DNA of 64,000 nucleotides from Acidimicrobiia bacterium (lineage in GTDB: Bacteria > Actinomycetota > Acidimicrobiia > Spongiisociales > ZC4RG35), in contig CBDBCY010000004.1 of NCBI GenBank assembly GCA_965203555.1, forward strand, positions 480,001 to 544,000, in the 5' to 3' direction. Shown in pieces: positions 10,283 to 20,363 of this stretch. How positions within the stretch are numbered: position 1 is the stretch's first letter; every line of letters starts with the position of its first letter. The translations under genes were made by a program, and so were the position numbers. The notes beneath the pieces are model-generated. The model saw only the letters and a list, made by a program, of their open reading frames with translations. It was not told where the DNA came from and did not search any database.

Positions 10283-11176
10283 TCACCCGGCGCCTGCGTC
10301 GCGGTGAAAGACCGACACCTCCACCTGATGGTCCGCCAGTCGGCGGGACAACTCCTCGGAGATCGCCACTGAGCGATGGCGACCGCCGGTGCACCCCACG
10401 GCAATAGTCAGATACGATTTGCCCTCGGCTCGATAACGAGGCGCCAGGAATCGCAGCAGTTCGACAACCCTCTGCATGAATTCCACGGAGTCGGGATTGT
10501 CCAGCACGAAGGCCGCCACCTCGGGATCGGATCCCGTTTTGGGACGCAAATCAGGTTTCCAATGCGGGTTGGGCAGGAAACGGACATCGAAAACTACGTC
10601 GGCGTCGCGGGGCAGCCCATTCTTGAAACCGAAGGAGACGACGGAGATACGCATCGTCCGGGTCTTGCCTTCGCCGCCGAACCGGGCAACTACCCTGTCG
10701 CGGAATTGGTGGATATTGAAGTCGGAAGTGTCGATGAACACATCGGCGGATTCACGCAACCCCGATAGAAGACTCCGCTCGGCGGAGATCGACGCCGGAA
10801 GGGACTCTCCCCCCAGGGGATGGGGGCGCCGGGTCTCTTCGTAACGGCGGATAAGGACGCGGTCTTCGGCATCCAGGAAAACCACGGCGGAACGGATCCC
10901 GATTTCCTTCAACCGCTCGACCGCATCGCCAATCACTCTCTCGGGACTCGGCGGCGAGTCCCATGACCGGACCACCAGGGCGAGCGGAGCGGTCTCGGCC
11001 AGCCGCCGATCCGGCGAAGCGAACTGGACGATCATCGCGGGGGGGAGATTGTCGATCACCCGATAGGACAGGTCTTCCAACACCCGGGCCATCGATCCAC
11101 GTCCGGCCCCTGACATGCCGGTGATCAGAAGGAGCTCAGGCCGGCGGTCCGACGGGGCCGGATGGGTTTCGCCCAC
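10283..11176 (-). CDS. rapZ: RNase adapter RapZ (P-loop ATPase YvcJ family)
   Basis: ITGMSGAGR, IDNLPP, RRYEETRRPHPL, SFGFKNG, DVRFLPNPHW, GCTGGRHRSV, HRD. Confidence 0.96.
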   Translation of the reverse strand: MGETHPAPSDRRPELLLITGMSGAGRGSMARVLEDLSYRVIDNLPPAMIVQFASPDRRLAETAPLALVVRSWDSPPSPERVIGDAVERLKEIGIRSAVVFLDAEDRVLIRRYEETRRPHPLGGESLPASISAERSLLSGLRESADVFIDTSDFNIHQFRDRVVARFGGEGKTRTMRISVVSFGFKNGLPRDADVVFDVRFLPNPHWKPDLRPKTGSDPEVAAFVLDNPDSVEFMQRVVELLRFLAPRYRAEGKSYLTIAVGCTGGRHRSVAISEELSRRLADHQVEVSVFHRDAGAG

Positions 11177-11182
11177 AGGCGC

Positions 11183-13009
11183 CTACTTCCCGTGTAAGAG
11201 TAGGTGAAGGTCGTCGGCCACCCCGGCAGGCACCACCTCGGCCAACTCCGCTACATCCGCCTCCCTGAGGCGACGAAGCGACCCGAACCTGCGCAACAGG
11301 GCCCGCTTGCGGACCGGGCCGATCCCGGGAGCCTCATCGAGCAAAGATTCCATCATCCCCTTGGATCGAAGTTTACGGTGATACTCCACCGCAAACCGGT
11401 GAGCTTCGTCCCGGATTTGCTGCAGGATGTATAAAGCCTCGGCCCGGCGGGAGATACGGAGCGGCTCGGCCAGATCCGGGAAGTAGACCTCCTCCATCCG
11501 CTTGGCCAGACCGATCACCGGTATGTCAAGGTCCAATTCGTCCAGCACTCGCACCGCCCTTCCCAACTGTCCGACTCCCCCGTCGATCACCACCAGGGAG
11601 GGGGGATAACGAAAGCGACTCTGCCGGTGAGCGGACTGGTCGCGGCTGGTCAGATAAGCGGTGAACCTTCTTCGGATCGCCTCTTCCATGGCAGCGAAGT
11701 CATCCTGACCTCGTACCTTGCGAATCTTGAAACGTCGATACTCGGCTTTACGGGGCAGTCCGTCTTCCATCACCACCATTGACGCCACCGTGTGGGTTCC
11801 CATCAGGGTGGAGACATCGAAAGCCTCGATACGCAAAGGCGACTCAGGCAATCCCAACACTTCCTGGAGGCTCCGAAGCGCCCGGGCGCGGGCGTTGTGG
11901 TCGGACTGGCGTCGCAAACGGTGACGACCGAACTTTTCCCGCGCATTGGCTACCGCGGTCTCCATCAACCGGCGTTTCCCACCCCGCTGGGGCACCCGCA
12001 CTTCCACCCGACCTCCGCGTCGTTGAGCCAGCCATGCCGCGAAGACCTTGGGATCGGGCGGCTGTTCGGGTATCAACACCAGCGAAGGCGGTACGCGGTC
12101 CCCGTACAACTCCCTGAGAATCGAGCCCATCAACTCCTGCTCGCTCACCTCTTCCACCCGGTCCACCACCGATCCGAGCTGGCCGACCACTCTCCCGCGG
12201 CGGACGAACAATACCCAGATGGCCGTCTCCAACTCATCCCCGTGCCGGGCAATGAGATCGAAGTCCTCCCGCCGGTCCGTCACCATCTCCTGGCGAGCCA
12301 ATGCCTTCTCGAGATCGGTCAGTCGATCGCGGTAACGAGCGGCGGCTTCGTACTCCAATGCATCGGAGGCCTGGCGCATGCTGGTCGTCAACCCATCCAC
12401 CACATGGTCCACGTCACCCTGCAAGAACGAGGACAGACCGTCGACGGCCTGGCGATACTGCTCCTCGGACACCTCCCCCACACAAGGCCCGGAGCACTTC
12501 TCTATATGAAAGAGCAGGCAGGGACGACCTTGCAGGTGCTGCCGGCGGAACAGCGAATCCGAGCAGGTTCGCACCGGGAAGGTGCGCAACACCAGGTCGA
12601 GTGTCTTGCGAATGGCGTAAGTGTGGGCGTAGGGACCGTAGTAGGCGGTTCCCTTGCGTCTTCTTCCCCTCATCACATGGGCGCGGGGCCATCGGTCGGA
12701 ACGCGTGATGGCCAGATAGGGGTAGCTCTTGTCGTCCCGAAGACGGATGTTGAAGCGAGGTCGATGAGCCTTGATGAGGGAGTACTCCAGCATGATGGCC
12801 TCCACCTCCGAACCGGCAACGATCCATTCCACGTCCCGGGCGGATTCGACCATCGCCGACGTGCGCAGATGCAGTTGCGTGCCGAAATAAGAGAGTACCC
12901 GTTTGCGAAGCGACTTGGCTTTGCCGACATAGATCACCCGGCCGTGACCGTCCCGGAAGAAATACGCGCCCGGAGAGTCCGGTATCTCAAGGGTAGGGGG
13001 ACGGTCCAA
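11183..13009 (-). CDS. uvrC: Excinuclease ABC subunit C
   Basis: GIY-YIG domain (YVGKAKSLRKRV), FNIRLRDDKSYPY, UVR domain, IEAFDVS, DGGVGQ, RDEAHRFA, C-terminal HhH. Confidence 0.98.
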   Translation of the reverse strand: MDRPPTLEIPDSPGAYFFRDGHGRVIYVGKAKSLRKRVLSYFGTQLHLRTSAMVESARDVEWIVAGSEVEAIMLEYSLIKAHRPRFNIRLRDDKSYPYLAITRSDRWPRAHVMRGRRRKGTAYYGPYAHTYAIRKTLDLVLRTFPVRTCSDSLFRRQHLQGRPCLLFHIEKCSGPCVGEVSEEQYRQAVDGLSSFLQGDVDHVVDGLTTSMRQASDALEYEAAARYRDRLTDLEKALARQEMVTDRREDFDLIARHGDELETAIWVLFVRRGRVVGQLGSVVDRVEEVSEQELMGSILRELYGDRVPPSLVLIPEQPPDPKVFAAWLAQRRGGRVEVRVPQRGGKRRLMETAVANAREKFGRHRLRRQSDHNARARALRSLQEVLGLPESPLRIEAFDVSTLMGTHTVASMVVMEDGLPRKAEYRRFKIRKVRGQDDFAAMEEAIRRRFTAYLTSRDQSAHRQSRFRYPPSLVVIDGGVGQLGRAVRVLDELDLDIPVIGLAKRMEEVYFPDLAEPLRISRRAEALYILQQIRDEAHRFAVEYHRKLRSKGMMESLLDEAPGIGPVRKRALLRRFGSLRRLREADVAELAEVVPAGVADDLHLLLHGK

Positions 13010-13079
13010 CCGTTATCTTTCGGGTTTCACGAGATTCCGTTTCATCCCACATGCTCCCCGTTCTCCCAGGTCAACAGAC

Positions 13080-13520
13080 GAATAGCCAAGACCGTGAAAC
13101 GCCCTGGAGGCTACGGCGACGGTAGAGGTGGTCACGGCCTATCCCTGCTTGTTAAACCAATAACCATCGAAGGACGCCTTTCGAAAACATGGGCCCAACG
13201 GGTCCGCATCAACCGAATCATAACCACGCTTGGACTGGGTAGTTACCCGGCGGTCACACTCGCTAAGGCACGCAAGCGGGCCCTCAAGAATCGGCGGGCA
13301 ATCGAAGAAGACCACAACCCCAGAGAAGAAAAGACACCAACGTTCGCCGAGGCTGCTGAGCAAGTGACCCAACTTCACGCCACCAAATGGAAGCCAGGAG
13401 GCAAACCAGAAGTCCAGTGGAGGGCTTACCTCTCTAACTTTGTGTTTCCGACCCCAGGCAACAAACGGGTTGACGAGACAACCAGCGCTGACGTTACGCG
13501 ATGCCCTGCTCCAATCTGGG
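13080..13520 (+). pseudogene. Truncated P4-like tyrosine integrase (arm-binding and start of core-binding domain)
   Basis: KRPGGYGDGRGGHGLSLLVKP...SKTWAQRVRIN....TLGLGSYPAVTLAKARKRA...PTFAEAAEQV...HA.KWK...QWRAYL..FVFP..GNKRVDE.TSADV. There is no catalytic domain and no clear start. Confidence 0.85.
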
Positions 13521-13550
13521 TAATGGTTCAGTTTGAACTGAGCCACTGCC
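13519..13550. repeat. Imperfect 32-bp inverted repeat at the integrase truncation point
   Basis: GGTAATGGTTCAGTT-TG-AACTGAGCCACTGCC, arms match 12/15 as DNA. Confidence 0.6.
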
Positions 13551-13684
13551 ACGCCAGGTCTTATGAGGTAGTTGGGACCAGTGTGCCGTCGGCCATGACA
13601 ATCCCCGTCCTCACAGTGGCATTCCACCAGGCCGCCGCCGAGATACGGGCTGATTCAAACCCGGGATGACCCGTCGAAACGCCA

Positions 13685-15472
13685 CTACCCGTCGGGTGCT
13701 TTAGGAAGTGCCCTAATGATGAACGACGCCGTTTGTGCTCTGGTGACCGCCCCATGAGGACAGTACAACAGAGGATCTGTGGAGCATCCTCGGGTGATGC
13801 CCGTCTGGTAGAGGCCCTCGACGACCGACCAGTGCTGTTGTGCCACGTCTTCGAACAGGCCCTGCGGGGCGTTCACCTGGTTGATGTGGTCGAACATGCG
13901 GGTCAGCCACTCGGCCATTTCCAGCCGGGTGAGCGGGTCGTTGGGGCGCCACAGCCCGCCGGCGCCGGTATCGACTCCTAACTGGGCGATCCTCAAAGCG
14001 TAGTTGGTGTACCACAGACCGTCGGCCAGGTCCTCATAGGGATTGGTGGTGGGTGTTGGGGGGTTGGGTTCCCCGATAGCGCGTAGGAGAAAAGCGGCCA
14101 CTTCCGCCCGGGTCACGGACCGGTCCGGGCAGAACAGTGGTTCCGGCTCGGTTGCGCATCCTCGGGTGATACCCAGGCTGGCGATCCGGTTGATGTCATC
14201 TTCGTGAACACTTCCGTCGTCATCGGTGAAAAGATCCTCTGCTGGGGTTTCGTCTGAGATTTCTACTTCGTAGGCGTCGCCGATGCGCCGCACCACCCGG
14301 ATGGTGGTGTCGTTCCAGGTGAACTCGTCGCCTGGTTGGGAAACATGCATGGTGGGGTCGCTGGGCCACTCCCAACCGATTTCATCGCTGCTGGTATCGG
14401 TGGAATGCGGGTAGGGTGTCGTGCGACGGTCCTGACCCGCGCACGGTTCGTCGCGGCACTCGTCCGGTCCGGAGGGCGACTTTCGGGGTCGCTGGTCAAT
14501 GACGTAGGACTCCACCCCTTCTTCGGGTATGCCACGGTCGTGATACTTCGCCACTCGAACCCCGAAGGTGAGGAAATAGCCCTGCTGTCCAGACGGCACG
14601 ACGAGCATCTGCATTCCGGCTTCCCACGTGGCATGCAAGGTGACACGATCGGTTCCTCCCCCGAAAACATGCACATCCGAGGGTGCTATCCACCCCGCGG
14701 CGTACCGGTTGGCAGCGATGGTTCCAACCGTGAGACCCTCAAAAACGTCGTCACTGTGATCCAGTCCCCCTATCAGATAGGACCCGCTCATGACGTCCAT
14801 CGGATTGTCCAGTTGATATAACCAATTGTCTTCGTGCAGAACACCGGTGAACGAAGACGGCCAGTCGAAAGTCAACCCCATAAGGTGAGCTTGATGATCG
14901 GCCCATATATGGTGCAGATCCGGCCCTGCCACAAAATCCACTTGGATGACCCGTCCGTTGGAGCCGGAAGGACCCCAGGTACGCCCGGCGGCGGGACTGT
15001 CGATCAACGCCGACCCTTCCGTAGCACCGGGAATACCGGGCGGTTGTATCACGAACCCGGCGGCATACCGGCCGGAGGCCTGTTTCTGGGCCTCGGTCCA
15101 GCACGCCGCAGTCAGAAAGCTGGTGACGTTGGTGCCTGCCACGAAACGCACCGAATACTTGCCGTTGGACACCGACGACCAGTACTCGCGAAGGCCAGTC
15201 TCGTTGTTCAGGTAATCAACGGCTTCGCCGAGGGTCGGATCTACCCGGTCGGGATGGCAGATCGAAACCTCGAAAGTGTCCGGGCGGGTCGTGTAATAAG
15301 ACGTCTCGTCCCACTCGGCGAACAGCCCCAGAGGATCAGCAGCGTAAGGACCATCGACAGCCCTGGCCGTAGCAGGCATCAACGACCCCGCCAAAACCGC
15401 CGCCACCATCGCCAACGCCCCCCAACCCCCCACAATCCAAAACCCCGCCCCAGAAACAGCTCTTCGTGTCAC
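13685..15472 (-). CDS. Secreted SLH-domain protein with a degenerate M6/M11-like metallopeptidase domain
   Basis: Signal peptide ending ATARA. DNPMDVMSG and NRYAAGWI motifs. Three C-terminal SLH repeats (GITRGC...FCPDRSVTRAEVAAFL, WRPNDPLTRLEMA, GITRGC...YCPHGAVTRAQTASFI). Start approximate. Confidence 0.8.
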   Translation of the reverse strand: MTRRAVSGAGFWIVGGWGALAMVAAVLAGSLMPATARAVDGPYAADPLGLFAEWDETSYYTTRPDTFEVSICHPDRVDPTLGEAVDYLNNETGLREYWSSVSNGKYSVRFVAGTNVTSFLTAACWTEAQKQASGRYAAGFVIQPPGIPGATEGSALIDSPAAGRTWGPSGSNGRVIQVDFVAGPDLHHIWADHQAHLMGLTFDWPSSFTGVLHEDNWLYQLDNPMDVMSGSYLIGGLDHSDDVFEGLTVGTIAANRYAAGWIAPSDVHVFGGGTDRVTLHATWEAGMQMLVVPSGQQGYFLTFGVRVAKYHDRGIPEEGVESYVIDQRPRKSPSGPDECRDEPCAGQDRRTTPYPHSTDTSSDEIGWEWPSDPTMHVSQPGDEFTWNDTTIRVVRRIGDAYEVEISDETPAEDLFTDDDGSVHEDDINRIASLGITRGCATEPEPLFCPDRSVTRAEVAAFLLRAIGEPNPPTPTTNPYEDLADGLWYTNYALRIAQLGVDTGAGGLWRPNDPLTRLEMAEWLTRMFDHINQVNAPQGLFEDVAQQHWSVVEGLYQTGITRGCSTDPLLYCPHGAVTRAQTASFIIRALPKAPDG

Positions 15473-15779
15473 CCCAAAAACGATAGACACCACCTCCCAG
15501 ACGGACAGGAAAGGGGAACTCTCTCCCCCTTCTTGCGGAGACACCACAAAGTCGTCCGGGACACCCGCCCCCCAATTCAAATGTCCCGACTCCGCAAAAG
15601 TGGGGGCACACCTACAACTCCGATAAAGCCGGGGCGGTTCAAACCCTAACATCAATATGGCCACCAAACGGGGGCAATCTCCCCAGTGTGGTAACTGTAC
15701 CGGTAAACAAAATGGAAAGTCCTTCTGACCTGCCCTTTAACCCCCCGATATTGAGGGGAGGTCCATCCCTTGTCCCGGA

Positions 15780-18623
15780 TTATCCGGCGCGGTCCAGGAG
15801 GGGGATCAGCATCCGGTTGAGATACCGACCGGTGTGGCTCCCGGAGGTGACCGCCACCTCTTCGGGAGAGCCGGTGGCCACTATCCGCCCTCCCCCGCTT
15901 CCGCCTTCCGGTCCCAGGTCGATGATGTGGTCCGCCGATTTGACGACATCCAGATTGTGCTCGATCACCACCACCGTGTTGCCCCCGTCCACCAGACGGT
16001 GCAGCACCCCCAACAGGCAGCGGACGTCCTCGAAGTGGAGACCGGTGGTCGGCTCGTCCAGAATGTAAATGGTGCGTCCTGTCCGAGCGTTTGCGCAACT
16101 CCGAAGCCAACTTGACGCGCTGCGCCTCACCGCCGGAGAGGGTGGTGGCCGCCTGTCCCAGACGGATGTAGCCCAATCCCACATCGCTCAGAGTCCGGAA
16201 GGTACGGGCGATGGCGGGATGATGCTCAAAAAGCCTCAATGCCTGGGAAACCGACATCTCCAGTATGTCGGCGATGCTCTGTCCCTTCCATAGAATCTGC
16301 AGCGTGTCCCGGTTGTATCTGCGTCCCCGGCACTGCTCGCAGGGGACGTAGACATCCGGCAAGAAGTGCATCTCGATCTTGATCGTCCCATCCCCGCGGC
16401 ACTCCTCGCAGCGACCCCCTCTCACGTTGAAAGAGAACCTTCCCGGCTTGTATCCCCTGGCCTGGGACTCGGGCACCCTGGAGAAGAGGGCGCGGATGTG
16501 ATCGAATACCTTGGTGTAGGTAGCGGGGTTCGAGCGGGGAGTGCGGCCGATGGGTGACTGGTCGATGTTTATGACCTTGTCGATGTGCTCTATCCCCTGG
16601 ATCTGCAGATGACGACCGGGCAGCACCCGGGAGCGGTAGATATTACGAAGCAGCGCCTTGTAAAGGATCTCCTCCACGAGCGTGGATTTACCACTGCCGG
16701 AAACACCGGTTACACAAATCAGCTTTCCCAACGGGAACTCCACGTCCAAATGCTGCAGGTTATGTTCGGCTGCGCCAAGCACCGCGGATGCTGTTCCCGC
16801 TGCCCGGCCTTCTCACGGCGGGAATGGGAATGGTCCGGCGTCCGGCCAGATAGTCACCGGTAATCGAAGAACGCTCCCGGCAGATAGCCTCCACCGTTCC
16901 CTGGGCAACGATCCGTCCGCCGTGCGCTCCCGCTCCGGGGCCGATGTCCACCACGTGGTCGGCACAGCGGATGGTCTCCTCGTCATGCTCCACCACCAGC
17001 AGAGTGTTGCCCAGATCCCGCAGCCTGTTGAGAGTTTCGATCAACCTTAGGTTGTCGCGCTGATGAAGGCCTATTGAGGGTTCGTCGAGGATGTACAGCA
17101 CCCCCACCAGTCCCGAACCGATCTGGGTGGCGAGCCTGATGCGCTGCGCCTCCCCCCCCGCCAGGGTGGCGGCCGATCTTCCCAGGGTCAGGTATCCCAG
17201 TCCCACATCCAGCAGAAAGGAGATGCGGGAACGGATCTCCTTGAGCACCCGCTCGGCGATGGCCATCTCCCGGTCGGTGAGCCGGAGACCGTCTATGAAG
17301 TCGAGCGACTCATCCAGCGAAAGTTCCGACACCCAGTGGATGGTCCGCCCTCCCACCGTCACCGCCCGGGAGACCGCCCCCAGCCGGGCGCCCCCGCAGT
17401 CATCGCACGGGACTTGTCGCATATATTGGCGGTAGGAGTCCCGGGCGGAATCCGAACCGGTCTCCCGGTGTCGGCGGTCCAGTTGAGGGATCACTCCCTC
17501 GTAGCGGGTGGTCCAGACTCGCCGTCTACCCCGGCGGTTGCGATAGCTCACCCGCAGTTGCCGTCCTTCGCCTCCGTGCAGGATCTCCTCTCGCACCGGA
17601 GCAGAGAGTTCCCGCCAGGGAGTGTGGAGGCTGAACCCCACATTCTGAGACAACGCGTCCAGCAGCCGGGAGTAATAGCCGCTGAACTGATATGCCCACG
17701 GAGCTATCGCTCCTTCAGCCACCGTTAAGCGATCATTGGGCACTACCAGGTCTTCGGCCACCTGGTATCGGGCGCCGATGCCTGCGCAGGTCGGGCAGGC
17801 ACCGTAGGGACTGTTGAAAGAGAAATTGCGGGGAGCGAGTTCGGAGAATGAGAACCCGCAGCGGTCGCAGGCCAGATGCTGGCTGAAGCTCAGGGTAGGG
17901 CCGTCGATGACATCCACCATCGCTTTGCCCTCGGCCAACCCCAGGGCGGTCTCGATCGACTGGGTGAGACGTTCCTCCATCCCCTCTCTTCGAACCAACC
18001 GGTCAACCACCACCTCGATGGTGTGCTGGTAGTAACGATCCAACCTGATCTCCTCATCGAGATACTGCACTTCGCCATCGACCCGCGCCCGGCTGTATCC
18101 CTGCCTTATCAGGTCCTTGAACAGGGATTGATATTCACCCTTTCGGCCTTCCACCACCGGCGCCAGCACCATGAACCGCACACCATCCTCCAGTTCCAGG
18201 ATGCGATCCACGATTTGCTGGGGAGTCTGGCGCTTCACCCACCTCCCCGTCGTTGGGGCAGTGGGGAATACCTATCCGTGCGAATAGGAGTCGCAGATAG
18301 TCATGAACCTCCGTCACGGTCCCCACCGTCGAGCGGGGATTGCGACTGGAGGTCTTCTGGTCTATGGAGATGGCGGGTGACAGCCCCTCGATGAAGTCAA
18401 CGTCGGGTTTGTCCATCTGCCCCAGAAACTGCCGAGCATACGCCGACAGCGACTCCACGTACCGACGCTGCCCTTCGGCGTAGACGGTGTCGAAAGCCAG
18501 GCTGGACTTGCCCGATCCCGACAGCCCGGTCAGAACAATAAACGCATCTCGGGGAAGTTCGACCGTGATGTCCTTGAGATTGTGCTCTCTGGCGCCGCTG
18601 ACGAGGATGGTTTCGGCAGTCAT
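15780..18623 (-). CDS. uvrA: Excinuclease ABC subunit A, interrupted by three +1 frameshifts (~18239, ~16783, ~16083)
   Basis: Four consecutive ORF pieces carry [17 protein letters not shown], the zinc fingers, [33 protein letters not shown] and [10 protein letters not shown]. Removing one base at each junction gives a colinear full-length UvrA. Confidence 0.93.
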
Positions 18624-18635
18624 CGGATTGGACCC

Positions 18636-20363
18636 TCAGGACGGGGAGCGGTCCAGACGCGCCCCGGTTGGGGCGGCGGTCCCGTCCGTCCGCACGTTGA
18701 CTCCATACGCTTTTTCCGCCTGCTCAGCCGACACATATTCATCCAGAACGTCTTGTCGTACCAACTCGATTGGGCGATCCAGAGGATCACCCCATCCTCC
18801 CCCGCCCCCTGAGAGGTTACGAAACCGATCTCCGGGATGCATGGTAAATCTCTCCATCCGAGCCCGGTGTGCCCGGTCGGTGTCGGGCCAAACCACCATG
18901 GCATTGGTCTCCGGCTCGTGCCCACCCCGCAACGCCCACGGCTTGGTCTTGGTCTTCTTCTTCATGGAAAGCACCTCGCCGGTGGCCAGGAACCTAACTT
19001 GCCTGCAGACTCCCAGACCGCCCCGCCACCTGCCGGCCCCACCCGAGTCCTGACGCAACTCCAACCGCTCATGAAAGATCGGAGACTTGTGCTCCAAGAC
19101 CTCCATCGAGGTATTCCTGACCGCGGTGGTGGAGAGATGCTGCAGCGCGTTGGCCCCGTCGTACTTGGGAGTCGCCCCCCACCCGATCCCCTCGTTGTTG
19201 CTGACCAAGAACATCTCATCGGTGTCGGGATGGGTGCCCACCGCCATGAATCCCGGCAGGTCGGAGCCCGACGATGCAGCGATCTGATCCATACCCTGGG
19301 CAAGCGCCTTGTTGATCAACTCAAAGCCGGCCATACCGGTCCAGAGAGTGTAGGTGGCGGACGGGTAGACGGCATGGAAGAGATTCCCGGGGGGACAGAT
19401 CACCCGAAGCGGCTGGTAATGGCCGTGGTTGGCAGGAGCGTGGGGGGTGGTCAGAGACTTGAAGACATTCTTGACCAGGCTCACCGTACTCCCGAAAGGC
19501 ATGTTCACCGGCCCGGGAACCGCTCCGTCGGAGTCACCATAATCCACCGTGAACGTGTCCTCTTCGATGGTGACCGTCACCGCCATCCTGATCAGGTCAT
19601 GGGAGACCCCGTCGTCATCCAGCCAGTCATGGGCCGACCACTGTCCATCCGGCATCGCCCGCACCGCATCCCGGGCCGTTTCAGCTCCGTGCCCGATGAT
19701 CAGGTCGACGGCTTCATCCACCGTGCTCAAGCCGAATTTCTCCCAGATCTGGTGGAGCCGCCTCTCCCCCACCCGTAGACAGGCGACCTGGGCATTGAAG
19801 TCCCCAATGATATTCACCGGCAACCGGGAGTTGTATCGGAGGATGGCCATCATCTGCTGGTCGATCTTGCCCCGACGGACCAACTTCACGGCCGGCAGGA
19901 TCAGCCCCTCCTGATGCACAGAGGTGGAGTCCAGAACGTAGCCGGGATCCTTGGCGCCCAGGTCCATCCAATGCGCCCGCACCGCCAGATAGCCATCGGG
20001 CACATCACTCCCATCGGCGAACACCGGAGCGAACATCATGGCGTCAGCCGCGTGCGCCCCGCTCCAGTAGGGGTAATTGAGAATCACCACATCGCCGGGG
20101 TCAAGGTTTTCTGCGCCCACTCTTTCGACACCCTCGACAATGGCGTAGTCGTTGGCGCCCAGAAAGGAAAGCAGCCCTGACGACTCGGCGATCAACCGAC
20201 GGTCCCGGTCGTACATGGAGATGCCAAAATCCAGCACCTCATAGATAACCGGATTGAACGCCGTCCTCACCAGAGTGCGGCGCATCTGCTCAGCCGTGGA
20301 GTTGAGATAGTGACGGATCACCTCCACGGTGGCGCCGTCCAGGGCGGTACTCACCTCAGCCAT
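18636..20363 (-). CDS. hyuB: Hydantoinase B/oxoprolinase family subunit (tandem copy 3)
   Basis: EQMRRTLVRTAFNPVIYEVLDF, PYWSGAHAAD, RAHWMDLG, QEGL, DSGGAGRWRGG, GGGGGWGDP. Confidence 0.93.
   Translation of the reverse strand: MAEVSTALDGATVEVIRHYLNSTAEQMRRTLVRTAFNPVIYEVLDFGISMYDRDRRLIAESSGLLSFLGANDYAIVEGVERVGAENLDPGDVVILNYPYWSGAHAADAMMFAPVFADGSDVPDGYLAVRAHWMDLGAKDPGYVLDSTSVHQEGLILPAVKLVRRGKIDQQMMAILRYNSRLPVNIIGDFNAQVACLRVGERRLHQIWEKFGLSTVDEAVDLIIGHGAETARDAVRAMPDGQWSAHDWLDDDGVSHDLIRMAVTVTIEEDTFTVDYGDSDGAVPGPVNMPFGSTVSLVKNVFKSLTTPHAPANHGHYQPLRVICPPGNLFHAVYPSATYTLWTGMAGFELINKALAQGMDQIAASSGSDLPGFMAVGTHPDTDEMFLVSNNEGIGWGATPKYDGANALQHLSTTAVRNTSMEVLEHKSPIFHERLELRQDSGGAGRWRGGLGVCRQVRFLATGEVLSMKKKTKTKPWALRGGHEPETNAMVVWPDTDRAHRARMERFTMHPGDRFRNLSGGGGGWGDPLDRPIELVRQDVLDEYVSAEQAEKAYGVNVRTDGTAAPTGARLDRSPS

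Noticed and set aside
11792-13079. Long + strand 625-aa ORF overlapping uvrC
   Set aside because: The first ~430 codons are the antisense shadow of uvrC. Only the distal part (13080-13520) has integrase similarity.
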